DNA of 61,568 bases, the filler included, from Thelocarpon superellum (lineage: Eukaryota): the NCBI GenBank assembly GCA_026025795.1. It is 2 parts of 2 records of this genome, joined end to end, with 100 filler letters (N's around TTAATTAATTAA, not from the genome) between each part and the next. Parts side by side here need not be neighbours in the genome. Positions count along the whole stretch, not along the records: positions 30,845 to 61,568 come from JAPEUG010000198.1; 1 more part is not named here. One strand, 5' to 3'. Each line of letters starts with the position of its first letter. Position 1 is the first letter of the stretch. The notes under the pieces are model-generated. The model saw only the letters and a list, made by a program, of their open reading frames with translations. It had not been told where the DNA came from and ran no database searches. Shown one piece after another: positions 61,522 through 61,568 of the stretch. A program made the position numbers and the translations under genes.

Positions 61522-61568
61522 TGGCATCGATCTCTACGCGATGAAATTGACATCACCATATTTGGCCA

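Overview
GC-rich, gene-dense DNA from a filamentous ascomycete (Pezizomycotina-type genes, standard code, short GT-AG introns of mostly ~45-70 nt). It is not one contiguous locus. An artificial 100-nt spacer (44 N + TTAATTAATTAA + 44 N, 30745-30844) joins two ~30.7-kb segments and truncates SEC9 on the left and a JmjC gene on the right. About 33 genes can be supported, mostly conserved housekeeping. Left segment: FCY1, sulfate permease, BUB2, a peroxisomal ACAD10/11-type kinase, a San1-like RING ligase, DUT1, pyridoxal kinase, PCNA, a lectin-like membrane protein, vezatin, an enoyl reductase, EMC6, UTP12, ARPC2, LCL3, SEC9. Right segment: JmjC, a bHLH factor, a PhoD-like phosphatase, a MAPR/cytochrome b5, NOP4, PCP1 rhomboid, TMA17-like, verprolin, CHORD, DUF836, LSM8 and hypothetical proteins. 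I found no mobile element, CRISPR array, rRNA, intact tRNA or biosynthetic cluster, and no clearly new multi-gene system. Best leads: (1) a 57-aa Cys/His microprotein gene with its own TATA box and a ~590-nt AUG-free leader; (2) a type II membrane fucose-lectin-like beta-propeller; (3) a small secreted protein with Kex2-like sites; (4) a decayed HpcH/HpaI aldolase pseudogene; (5) a PCNA start codon split by an intron; (6) an isolated tRNA-like A-box/B-box element. Exon boundaries were read by eye, and family assignments come from recognised motifs, not database searches.
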